Source of the DNA: Lepidodermella squamata
Lineage: Eukaryota > Animalia > Gastrotricha
DNA: 64,000 nucleotides
Reading direction: 5' to 3'
NCBI GenBank assembly: GCA_047495785.1
Contig: JBLDXI010000011.1
Span: forward strand, 1,240,001-1,304,000
Made by a program: the position numbers and the translations under genes. Positions 49,771 through 61,480 of this stretch are shown here, piece by piece. The notes beneath the pieces are model-generated. The model did no database searches. It saw nothing but the letters and a program-made list of their open reading frames with translations, and was not told the DNA's origin. The stretch's first letter is position 1. Each line of letters opens with the position of its first letter.

Positions 49771-52249
49771 TCAGCCTTCATTTTTCTTCTGCATAGTAGC
49801 ATAAACGATGCCTATGTTGACGTGTTTGCAATAGATGGAAAATTTCCGCCTTTCCTCTTCAACCAGCCTGCGATCGAAGCGAAATTCACTGAAATTGACA
49901 GGGTGAATCAGCTCTAACGATGTATCGTAAACTTCAGTCAGACGGCGGGTGCGGACTGAGCCGTGTCCCCAATCGTAGGTTAGCCAACTCAGGCCTTGGA
50001 TATCAGCAAAGGGTGCCATTACTCGGAAGGCTGTTATAAGTCCGATTTCCGGCAAAACTCTATGCCTGCAATTGCTTAAACGTTCATTTATTCCGAGGCC
50101 GAAAGATCCAGCTTACCTATCCAGAAGACTCAAAAGTGGCAGTGCATTGTGAAAATACGACTTGGGCATGTAGAATACTTCTGCAGGTGAAAGGCCTAAT
50201 AAGCGGCGCTCTCCACCGGTGGCGGCTGTCAAGTTTTGCTTCACTTCCAGCCAATAATCATTCGACGTGCCGATCAAGTTTGCCTCCTTAGCAGCCAGTT
50301 TGTCGAGATCATCGTAGAAACTCTTTGTCTCATTGCGATTGCGCCTTTGTAGATGCCACAGGTATCGCAATTCGTCATCTTTGCAATCGACAGAATTATT
50401 TCCGCTCATTTTGTGACAGAAGGAACCCTGTTATTAACAAGATTCGATTATAGATGTCGTAATCTAATAAAGCAACTTAGTTGGATTGGGAATCCAACTC
50501 GTTTACTAAGCAAACTAGTTTATAAGGCAATCCAACACAGTTATTGCGCAAAAAATTACCTCCTAAGGAGAGAGGCTCAAGTTTTGTCCGATAAACTCGA
50601 TTGATAGTGTGAAACACTGTTGGTGGAGCCATTGCCATTCGGCGAAATAAAAGAGACAGAATGGTCAAGGAAACAACTCCTTTACGGTTGGAATCTCAAA
50701 AAGTTGCCCTTTTCCTTTACTCATGCAATATTTTGCCATTTAATCCTAATTGAAGTATTGGATTAATTATTGCCGAATATTAAACTAGGTTTATGAGCAA
50801 ACTATTTGGATTCCCAATCCAACTAAATTGCTTATTAGACTACGAGATAGATATTAGGTAAATTTTTCAACTTTCAAGCTAAATTTAGGCTGAACCAAAA
50901 TCCGAAATAGAGCTTGTATCACCAAAGCCTGAATTCGAATATGAAGTTAGAAGTGGCTAACTTGATATGGGTCCATCTTACTTCAATAATAATTGATGGA
51001 ACTGAACAAACTAAAAACTAATGGCAGACCGGCGTAACAGCAAATACCCAAAGCAGCAAACGCGACATAACAGCAGAAAAACGATGCATCTTTTACAATA
51101 GTACAATCTTTTACATAGTAAGTTTTCGCTGTTTTGTCGCGATATATACAAAATTTGCTGTTTTGTCGCATTCGCTGTTCTGCGCAGTTGCTGTTTTGTC
51201 GCCGTGCCAAACTAAAATAACATCCTTCGCTTAGTGGACTTGAAGAATTCCAGAAACTCTCTCGTGAAACTAGTGTTCCGACTCAGTTCAGTTCTCTTGG
51301 GGTAAATCGAGCATTTTGAGCTTAAGTTTTCAAATCATAAAGGGGACCCGTAGAGAAAAAAATTACCAGAGTATGCAAAATTGTTCGAAAATTTCCAATT
51401 AGCTACTGCTCATTTTCTCAGTGACTATAACTTTGTCCTTCGATGGAAAATATGAATCTTAAGACCTAGCAAATAGAAGCTTCTGTCTTGAACTGGCACT
51501 GGACTTTATCATTATTTTTGACCCGGCCAAGAACTCACCGTGTCCACATCAAATTGGTGATCGTGCTCGAGTTTCAGTAGCCAAAGTTTATCAAGCGATT
51601 TGTTGTAAACATCTTTCAAGTTCCAAAAGTTGACTAGCGTGTCATGCGACATTACAAGGGCGCCATCAAATTCGTCGCCAACAGCCTCGATCGCTCGTGG
51701 CAGGCATGCATACGGTGCTCTTTGCTCATCACTATAGTTGACATATAACGCCAACTCGGCTGAAACGGCAATTTCGTCTTGTTGCGCGTGATGCGGCCAA
51801 AACGTTCTAGATGGGCCGCAAAACACTATTTTAGCGAATAAGCCGCGATATATGGATACGAGTTTGCCAGCTGATGCATAGCTAGGGCTGTTGTAGTGTA
51901 AAATCAGCAGAATCTTGCGGAAATTAAGGAATGAATCTATTGGGCTCAATTTCGGCCAAGCGGCTTTTGATGATCTGAAGCCTGTCTGGAATTCGGGATA
52001 ACGATTGCTCATCGTCATCACTCGGCAGTAGTATTTGTAGATGTGTTTCGGTGGACCGCTTTTCGCCATTCTGAATCGTGAGATTACTGAAATCAGTATG
52101 GCTACAGTGATCACGTAAAGCAAAGTCTTCAATGCCGCAGGGAGACATGCTGATTCCATGGCTTCTTGGAAATATAGAAAACAAAAAAGAAACTGAAGTC
52201 CGGCAAGAGCAACACTCAGCGAAGGAATGCGGTTTCCAGCTCTTACCAT
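49771..52249 (-). CDS. STELLO/DUF288-like protein 4; exons 52249-51539, 50427-50117, 50065-49771 (~438 aa; start may be a downstream Met)
   Basis: TM segments and motifs FRKILLILHYNSP, KIVFCGP, GALVMSHDTLVNFW, AEVFYMPK and HRVLPEIG. Donors gtgagt and gtaagc give in-phase joins. Confidence 0.8.
50457..50845. mobile_element. Intronic MITE-like inverted-repeat element
   Basis: Imperfect arms of about 65 bp: TCGTAATCTAATAAAGCAACTTAGTTGGATTGGGAATCCAA / TTGGATTCCCAATCCAACTAAATTGCTTATTAGACTACGA. Confidence 0.7.
51023..51208. repeat. CGACAAAACAGC repeat family, copy 2
   Basis: Reverse-complement homolog of 49398-49577. Confidence 0.7.
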
Positions 52250-52657
52250 TAATTGTCCAGGAAGACTTCCAGCGAAGTGGTGAAACTTAGTCTTTGCTCA
52301 TTTTTTCCACATAATAGCAATTTCTAAGGGGGTTCAGAGAGATAAGACCGTAGATGAAAATTCCTTCAGAAAATATAAAACATCAAGAAGTAAGTTAACA
52401 AAATTGAACCAATTTTGAGATTCGGTCTAGTTTGAACGATAACGTAGCAAAGTATGATAGAATTGCGCTATCTTTCAGCAGAAGTCTATATAAGTATAGC
52501 GGAGTTGTTATATTCAAGTTTTAAATATCGCGATCATTTCATTTCGCCATGTCTCACGTCTCAATCCCGACTAAATATAACCAATCCTTCAAGACATTGG
52601 CAGATTTTTCTGAAACCGGCCGCACTGTCGGGAAATTTTGCATTTAATTTATAACGA

Positions 52658-53484
52658 ATCGTTTGCAGCAACTGGTTTTTTGTTAACATTTAGTAAGCAC
52701 GGAATACAGAAACACTTTTCCTGTACGATTGACCGTAACAAGAATGGAGGTTTCGAAGGAACCGAAGATGAATACGCTCATTAGGCTCTACGACGTATTA
52801 GGTATGATTTGATTCATGATTAAATAAAGCTGAAGATAAATAAAAGAAGGGTGTGCAATAAATTTTTCCTAAATATGGCTTTTCGAATGTCTAGTCTTCA
52901 CTAGAATCTCAATTTTTGTAATATATCATGCCTAATCCATGTTGCGCGCATTTCGCGCTATGAGTGGTCAGTTGACGAATTATACTTCATCTTACAAAGC
53001 CGATATCGATTCCAAGTATCGATTTTACATATCACTGTTTTCCCCGATATCAGCCGTCTTGGAACCCAACATCGATAATTTGTCTACATAGTTGTGGGCA
53101 CCACCTGTAGCATTTTTAGTGGTGCAAGTATTTGGACCCATAAATGAAGGCACGCGCTGTTACGTAAATTAGCTTGGCCGTTTTATTGCCCGCAACGCGC
53201 TCAATAAAGCAAATCATTTTGCGGCGAGATGGGTACTCACAACGCGCGTAAAATGTGAGGCAAAACGACTAAAATATAACCGAAATATAACTGAAATAAT
53301 CGGAAATTCCAAATTTTTGAATTTTGCAGTACACACTTATCGTTTGCAGCAACTGGTTTTTTGAGTTTTTTAGTAAGCACGAAATGTAGAAACACTTTTC
53401 CTGTACGATTGACCGTAACAAGAATGGAGGTTCCGAAGGAACCGAAGATGAATACGCTTATTAGGCTCTACGACGTATTAGGTA
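52658..53484. repeat. Pair of ~146-bp direct repeats (52658-52804 and 53339-53484)
   Basis: Near-identical ATCGTTTGCAGCAACTGG...CTCTACGACGTATTAGGTA blocks. Confidence 0.85.
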
Positions 53485-53611
53485 AAATAGACCTAAAATA
53501 GACTTAAAATAGACTCCGCAACGAGAGGGAAATGGACTGGGACAATCCCCTTTCTGCTTCTCATTCTCAAGCACTTTAATCTGCCCATCAAGTTGAGTAA
53601 GTCTGTTTGAA

Positions 53612-56600
53612 ATGTTTTCACTCAAATGCCTTCTAACTATTAGCTCATTTTTCCTACTGGCCGGCTATTTTCAGGCCGCATCGAAACCTCTCGCCGAAAT
53701 AGGTCGCATGTATTGGAAATTCTATTTTAATGACTCATTACCGCCGTTGCGCGTTTACAAGACTTTCTCGCCAACTCGGTGCAATTTCACAATTTCAAGC
53801 CCTGAAAAACAGACGACAGAATCGGACTGTATCATCCTACTCTGGGGATCGTGGTTTGGGGTACCCCTGTGGAGAAATTTTTACGAGCCTTCAAGTAACA
53901 TGTCGGCCTACGTCATCGCTAACAATTGCATTATTTCAAGCGATCGAAATATCCTCGACAGAGCTAACGTTGTTGTCTTTCATCAGCCTGATATAAATAC
54001 GCTGGACTTGCCAACAATTCGATTTTCGTGGCAACGCTGGGCTTTTCAAATGCTCGAATCGCCTATCAATGCTGAGCTTAATTTTGGGTTTTACCCGGAA
54101 AATCTTCCGAGAATAAATTCGTTGGCTTTCAATTGGACGATCACTTATTCTAGAAAAGCTGATTTTCAATGGCCGTATGGTCGGATTATTACGAAGAGGC
54201 CAAACCAGGAAAACGCGACAATTCCGAGAAATATTACCGAATTTTCGGAAAGGTTCCACTTGAGGAGATACGATGGTTGTTGGATTTCAAGTCATTGCTC
54301 GACTCAATCGAGACGAGAAGAGATTGTCAAAACGTTGGCAGATTTAGGCGTATCGATTGGGGTAATATTATCATTCCTAAAAGCTATTATAACAGTCCGG
54401 CGGCTAAGTTTCCTCCAAGCATGCACTCTGATTGTTCGTTGAACGACAACTTTCGAATTTCCCGGCGGTTTTTACGTCAAAATTGATCAAATTTGGCATC
54501 GATTGAATATGAGATTCTAGCTTGAAAATCGTAAGGCGAATTTGTTACGTGCATTCAAGATTATTCACTATTCTTGTGTGCGCGATTTAACAATAATTCA
54601 GGCGAAAAATTGTGAGCAAAAATAGGCGTCACATTTTTCGAGCGAGAATCCAATCGATGACAAATTTGATGGATTTTATTTTGACCTAAAAGCCGCCGGG
54701 AAATTCAAAAGCTAGCCTTTGTAATTGCCGCGCGGTAATTCACTAGAAAAGCATGTGCAGGCACGGCTTTGGCTTAAGCGCGCGAAATTTTGTAATTAAC
54801 TCATAGTACTCTGGGGGAAGCTACATTATCTTAGTGAACTTGGTGAACGCTATGTACTCTGTTGGTGTGTTAAAAGTAAGGTGGATGTGTTAAAAGTTGA
54901 AATCGAAGCAGATTGCAGCTGACGAAAACGATAAGTGCGAGCGCAACACGGGGCAAGGGTTTCCATCGAGCGCGGCGAGAAAGCTATGAATTTTTCCAAC
55001 TCCTGCGACGAGCGTAGCAAGAAAAAACTTTTTGCTGAATTATTCTCAAAAATTCGCGCGCTCATTTTGTTATGCTTCAGACATAGAAACCGGCTTAGAA
55101 AATCCGAAAATTTTTTGCTTTTAGCCATGCGGTCCGGAATAACAAGATTGCGTTTTATTTTTGAGATATATTTTTATTTTCGTAAAATTGTGATTTTACT
55201 ATCACTCTATTCACTCTTCCTATGTGATTTTGTGCATTTTTATGGATAAACAGGGCCAGGGCTGCAAAAAGTGTTTTTCTTCCCACCACCAAGCTTAAAT
55301 CTTCCCAAATCGCCTCCGCCTCATTTCAACCCGTTTTAACGTGTTTCCACCACGCACCTTCATGTTGCGCGTTACTAGATTGAAAAATAAACATAGCGAG
55401 CACGGAAAATCAACGATAGCCAAGGGTTGATCATTTGAGGACTTAAAAGCACCCAATAAAGCAGAAAATAATTATCGAGCGCAGCGAGCCGAAATTTGAT
55501 AATTCTGGCTATATTTCATGCTTTAAACGCCTATAATCACTATTTTTGGGTATTTATTCTTGATAATTTATGGGAAAACCCGTCAATTACCAAAAAAACT
55601 AGTGTTTTTTAAAGACTGATATTGCCCAATTTACGATTTTACATAGTCATTACAACTTGGTAACTATCAGGAATTTGGGAAAACAAATTAGATATTCGGA
55701 ATCAGCGCGAAAAATTAGGGTAGTCTGCAAATTTGCGCACAGTTAGCAAGCAAAATCGGGAAGAAATAGGTCGTCAAACGTTTCGCGGATTGTAGTGCGC
55801 ACACACGCGCGTGCTTTCAAATGTGTGTGTGCGCGCACCAGCCTTCCACGCGCTCCACCGTGCGCATTTGGGAAGCGCGCATGAGCGGGGAAGCCGTGTG
55901 TAGCGTGTGATACGTGCGCGCGCGCTCTCTCACGCGCGCACAAGTTAATTTCTTTACATTCCCATTTCTTCTCCAATTTTCACGATAGCCGTGCGCAAAC
56001 ATGAAGTCTACCCTCAATTTTCGCGCTGATTCCGAATATCTAATTTGTTTTCCCAAATTCCAAGCCAGTAAGAAGTTATGAGGAGAAGTGGGAAATCAAT
56101 ATAGTTCGCACGCATATCAAACATATTAGACTTATGAATAGTGAATAGGATGTGGACTTGATAAATCGCGAGAAGCGCTAAATAGCAAGGTGAGTTGTAG
56201 TCGTTTCATTGTTACAAATTTGACCAAAAATTGACATTTAGACGCATATTTATCAAAAAATCGCCTCCGGCGGAAACTTCCCACAAAAACAGGGTTTCAA
56301 CTTCGAAAATTTCCCACCACCAAGGGTGGCATGGTGGTACACTTTTTGCAGCCCTGTGGATAAAACCACACGTAAAACGAAGAGGGTAACTGCTTCCTCC
56401 TGAGTGCTAAGTACATTAGAGCCCACGATCCGGCTAGTTTCTCGGAAAAATCCTTGCAACTGGCCTCCTCATAATTAACGTGCAATCGCGCGCACAAAGC
56501 GTCAGCCAATTGGAGGCCTGAGAATGTGTTTCCTATAACCAGATATCCAATCCTATATCCAAAGGGGTGCGCACAAACAAGAGCAATGATTTAACGCCGT

Positions 56601-57622
56601 GGAAATGTTTTTCCTTATTTCTCATTACTATTCCATTTTTAAACGTTCACAAACTCGAATGGTTTTGTATTTGCCAAGCTTTAAGGGGCCTCTGACGCAG
56701 GCTGAAAAAATGTTGGACAATAGTGAGATTCGATCGCGTGTAATCAGTCACCGAGAAATGACGCTCAACAGCTACGCCAACACGCTTTCGATATAAAGTG
56801 AGGCTTAAAACAGCTAATATGCGTGTAGCTTTTTCTTTGAATGGAAAAATTTGAAATCTCCCATCCAAGAAAGAATAATAACGAAATATCTTCTGTTGCT
56901 CAGTGGTAAAAATCGCTGAGTGATGGACAGGCGACCGAGGTTCCAACCCCATCTCGTTCAATATTTTTTTAGTCTAATACAAGAGACCTCTCAAAACATT
57001 GGTTTACCACAGTAATAGTAATAAGAAATAAAGCCGTGCAAATTTTTTTGTGTTTTATGCGCAATGAAATGACTGTTTGTGCGCACCCGTTTATACATGA
57101 CTTTAAAAGCCCAATTTAATTTAGAAATGCGGTCACTGCTCGGAGACTGGCGAAACAGATTGTCAACATGGCCTCGTCGATTTTTACAAAAACTGCCGTT
57201 TCATTTTTGCGTTTGAAAATTCGTTATGCGAGGATTATGTCTCGGAGAAGTTTTTTCAAGCTCTTGAAATGTCGAAATCTACCGGCTCGATTTTAGTTGT
57301 TTACGGATCTGCAAATTACGAATCGATTTTGCCACCGGAATACTATTTCAACGTCAGAAGCTTTGCTAATTTGTCAGTGTTAGCCGATCAGTTATTAGAG
57401 TTTCGACGGCCAAGCATGCAGCGAGTCGATGAAATGTTATCGTGGCAAAATTCCTATGAAGTTTTCGGAGACGACTGGACGTACTGGGCTTTTCGCGATA
57501 TCTGTGGCCGAGTAAAGCGATGTAGGCACCAAAACTCATCATCAACAACTGATTGCGGCGATAAAGTTCACCGCCATGTTACCGAATCGACAGGAAAATG
57601 TTTCGAGCCTCAAATTCATTAA
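53612..57622 (+). CDS. Alpha-1,3-fucosyltransferase (GT10); exons 53612-54361 and 57125-57622 (415 aa)
   Basis: Signal anchor. Motifs IILLW, VVVFH, QRWAFQMLESP, FNWTITYSRKADF..PYG, WISSHC, G|KCG and the GT10 motif FIFAFENSLCEDYVSEKF. Confidence 0.9.
54451..54710. mobile_element. Intronic inverted-repeat element
   Basis: Imperfect arms of about 55 bp: GAATTTCCCGGCGG..TTT...CAAATTTG.CATCGATTG and its reverse complement. Confidence 0.6.
55670..56061. mobile_element. Intronic MITE-like element with a GCGC/ACAC-rich centre
   Basis: Arms of about 70 bp: GGAATTTGGGAAAACAAATTAGATATTCGGAATCAGCGCGAAAA / TTTTCGCGCTGATTCCGAATATCTAATTTGTTTTCCCAAATTCC. Confidence 0.75.
56896..56956 (+). repeat. tRNA-derived (SINE-like) fragment
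   Basis: A-box-like GCTCAGTGGTA and B-box-like GGTTCCAACCC at tRNA spacing. No good acceptor or anticodon stem. Confidence 0.4.
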
Positions 57623-58580
57623 TCTTTAATTAATAATAAATTATATTCAGTCGTTTTGGTGCGGCTGAAATCCTTTCAATATCGAAACGATTTACGATTC
57701 CTAACTCGGTTCCCAGAAATTTTCAGCTTTTTCTATAATTTCTGTAACATTATAAACCATGTGGGTGGTCATGTTATGGACACTTTTCGAATTTTTCACA
57801 TTTTACCAAATTTTTCTTACGCCTCTACCAAATTTCATTTAATTCAATACCTAACCATTTATTTGTTATTTGACTAGTTAGGGTTAGGGTTAGGGTTAGG
57901 ATTAGGGTTAGGATTTCATCATCAACAACTGATTGCGGCGATAAAGTTCACCGCCATGTTACCGAATCGACAGGAAAATGTTTTTCGAGCCTCAAATTCA
58001 TTAATCTTTAATTAATAATACGGTGTGGCTATTGGCACATAATTATGTGCCTCTTATTGGCTATTGGCACATACATTATGTGCCCCTTAATGGCTATTGG
58101 CACATAACATGTTTCATTTTACTGCTTATTTCGGGAGTTTAATTCCCAGATACCAGCATTTCAACCTTGCATTAGCAATCTAGGGGCGGCGAATTCACTG
58201 GAATCGTCGGATTTCACGTAACTGTGCGATAGACTTCAGATACTCTACTTGGGCTACCCATTAGATGACGGATACCCCGATTTGCGGGCCCATGACTGCA
58301 ATTTCGATATCGCCATTCGATTCCCCGTTGACGAAAACCCTAATATCAATACCCGTGGAACATTTCGATGCGTGACTTTCTAAAACATCGAAAGTTGAAA
58401 TTAGCGTTATGTGCCAATAGCCGTTAAGGGGCACATAATGTATGTGCCAATAGCCAATAAGAGGCACATAATTATGTGCCAATAGCAACACCCTTAATAA
58501 TAAATTATATTCAGTCGTTTTGGTGCGGCTGAAATCCTTTCAATATCGAAACGATTTACGATTCCTAACTCGGTTCCCAG
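57536..58580 (+). repeat. ~180-bp tandem duplication of the GT10 3' end (57536-57716 repeated at 57916-58580) around a TTAGGG-ending insert
   Basis: Direct sequence match. The second copy is interrupted by the 58021-58493 MITE. The insert 57717-57915 resembles 60038-60225. Confidence 0.85.
58021..58493. mobile_element. MULE-type MITE (473 bp)
   Basis: TIRs of about 88 bp built from GCTATTGGCACATA units, with 9-bp TSD TTAATAATA. The empty site with a single TTAATAATA is present at about 57630. Confidence 0.92.
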
Positions 58581-59206
58581 TTAGCTGGTCAACAATCTGA
58601 AAGCCACCGTCTCGAATTCTGCCAGAGATCAAAATTTCCATCTACGTCTTAGCATTTTTTCGATCGAGCGTTCGTTGATGACGCCGTAATAGAGATGTCG
58701 CGGTTGAAAAAAAGCAGTCCTCCGGTTAACCCGGTTGGAATACTCGCAGTTATATTTTTAACCCGGTTAACCACGATATACAAACAACTTTACAAATACA
58801 TATTTACGGTAATATTTACGGCCGGAACAACATTCGAGTTCATAGACTACACGATGTCAACTACCCTTATCACATTCAATTGCGATGACAAAAACAGGCT
58901 CATAAATCCGGTCAATGTGATAGTGTCTCCAAATGATGACAGCTTGTTTTTTTCACGTCTCAGGGTCACGTCACAGATCGCTGGATTATTGGATTATAAA
59001 GATACAAAAATAGCCAGATGATAAGATGAACTTGAATAAAAAATGACCTCGTGAAATAATTTAAGAGCAATTATGGTAATATTTTATTGAATAAAATCAG
59101 CATTCAGCTTTCAAAACTGGTTGTAAAATCATATTAGACCCAAAAATAAATTACGGAAAATTATTAAAAAATATAAGGAGATTTAAGATTAAATTTAAGA
59201 TCCCGG

Positions 59207-59718
59207 CTAGCGGGTTATTTCTCCTTTCATGTATTTATCAGCTAGGACTTGAGCCCACAGGTAGAACGATACGCTGTTTTGGCATATTGCCAGCGATTTA
59301 AGCCTGTCAACGCACAGCTGCAGCCGCTTTTCTCGCTTTCGCTGCTCGAGAACTTGGAAAACGTGTACCAAGTCTTCGGTTGAATGCTGCTTCAACAGTT
59401 GGTCTAGGTGGCTGTCTGAAAAATTAAATTGAAATAATTAATACAATTTTAAAATTTCTATAATTAATTCAAATTTAATTTCTCAAAAAAAGTCAACTAA
59501 AAATTCATTTTCAATTTTTTGAATTTTTAAATAAAAAATTAATCTCCAAATTTTATAAACTAACTCTTTTGTTCGATAGACATATGAGGTGTTGTAGTTT
59601 GAAACTCGGGCTTCCTTAAGATGACAGCAATTTTCGGATTATAATGCAGGGCTTCGACGTGCTCTGCCACTAAAAACATCAGAAAAATTGCCAATTCTGC
59701 GACAATAAGTGATTTCAT
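59207..59718 (-). CDS. Secreted peptide precursor A; exons 59718-59565 and 59415-59207 (120 aa)
   Basis: Signal peptide MKSLIVAELAIFLMFLVAEHVEA, phase-1 intron gttagt...ttttcag, then RKREKR followed by a 38-aa C-terminal peptide with C-x9-C. Confidence 0.8.
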
Positions 59719-60037
59719 TTTTGTGAGTCGAAAGGTTCATTCTCAAGATCATCCTTAAACGCTGCACGTTTAATGAAAAAGCTCCGTCACGGGCTAATGC
59801 TTTGTTAGCCTAGCGTAAAAAAAATTTAGTTTCGCATTTTTTGACTGCCTTTGATTCGCTATACTAACGAAATGGCTAATCCACTTTGCGCCGCACCACG
59901 CGTGTCACTTTTTCTGGGGTTTTTTTCGCGAAAGTCCAGAGTTCAGCTAGGACATTTCGTCTCGAGATTTGAAGCTCAGAAACTAATATGACGACGTTGA
60001 GCTTTGAACATACCTGTTTATCGCAGTTTCTGCTTAA

Positions 60038-60225
60038 GAAATTTTCAGCTTTTTCTATAATTTCTGTAACATTATAAACCATTGGGGTGGTCATATTTTG
60101 GGAATTTTCTAATTTTTCACATGGAAAAATTTTACGCTGGTAACGAATTTCAATTATAATTCAATACCGAACCATTTTAATCGTTATTTCACTTGTTAGG
60201 GTTAGGGTTAGGGTTAGAGTTAGGT
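60038..60225. repeat. Repeat ending in (TTAGGG)n, homologous to 57717-57915
   Basis: Shared AAATTTTCAGCTTTTTCTATAATTTCTGTAACATTATAAACCAT...AATTCAATACC.AACCATTT...GTTAGGGTTAGGG. Confidence 0.75.
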
Positions 60226-61079
60226 CAAGGTCTTAAAATTTGGGATTAAGAACCACTGATTGGAATAATTTGTCACGGAATTCAATGATGTTTGGTACTG
60301 AATTCCGAGATATTATGAGGGTTCAATCCAAGATTCGAATGCCTATATTTTTTGCAGAAATAAATGTCTGCTCCATAGTAAACTTGAATGTTTTCCCAAA
60401 ATGTTTCAGTATAGTAGCTTTTCATTATATTTTTCTTTGACTAATTTGGATTTGCTGATTAAGTAGCGATTATTTAATGGTTGTTTTGGGCAACAATTTT
60501 CCGTCGATTTCTTTATTTCGCAAAATTTCGCAAAATAACAATAATAATAATGCGATGAATTATTGGAAATGTCTGAGTTGGCTGCTGACACTTGAGCAAC
60601 CTACGCGATTAATTCATTTTTTGTAATTTCCGATAATCACAGCCTCATAATTTTGTCGTATATTGTTTGTCTTACGGCAAGTTATCAAGTCAAATTGGCT
60701 CTATATCCATCACCTGTGTTCATTTCAACTAATATTTTCAAGATGGGCGTAAATACATGAAAATAATAGAATCAATTTTGAAAGTTTTCTTGAAATTCAA
60801 ATTTTTTGAAATTTAAAAGTCAAGTTTTTACTAAAATTGAAATTCAGGCCTACATTTTTTTCGGATTAGAGTAAATTTATCTTACTTGATCGATTATTGA
60901 TCAATACTGTGAAGACGCCACCATGGTGCCGGTTATTTTTCAGCTAGGTTGAAGTTTGCCCAACATGTGTAACCGTGGTTTGAGTGTTGAGCCATAGCGG
61001 TTTCCAAGGACGCTTAATCATTTGACATTCAAATAATTATTATTATACTAAATCTTGTTTTGATCAAGTGCCAAAGTAT

Positions 61080-61215
61080 GTACTGCGACAAAACAGCAAC
61101 TACGTAAATCAGCGAATGCGACAATACAGCAAATTTTTTATTTCGCGAAAAAACAGCGAAAACTTAATATGTCATGTCGCGTTTGCTGTTTTGGGAATTT
61201 GCTGTTATGACGACA
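61080..61215. repeat. CGACAAAACAGC repeat family, copy 3
   Basis: Homologous to 49398-49577. Confidence 0.65.
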
Positions 61216-61480
61216 ATAATCCTAATTATTGCAGACAGAACAACTTCCCCGTCATTTGGTCATTTGAAGGTCATTTGGTTAAGCGTCCTTGGAAACAGCC
61301 ATGGCTCCCTATTCAAAACACGGTTGTATGTTTTCTTTTGTCCAGATTGTTAACATTTCGATCTTCAGCGGAAAAATTACGTTTCTTCTTGAAATTAATG
61401 TTTATTGAAAAATATATATCTCTCCAAAAATACTGCGTCGACAAAAAGAACGAGGCAGGTAAATGAGTAAATGATACGTT

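Noticed and set aside
56896-56956. Possible tRNA gene
   Set aside because: A/B boxes only with no cloverleaf, so it is kept only as a SINE-like fragment.
59876-60094. 72-aa ORF as first exon of peptide gene A
   Set aside because: It overlaps a dispersed repeat (copy at 57717), and gene A has its own signal-peptide ATG at 59718.
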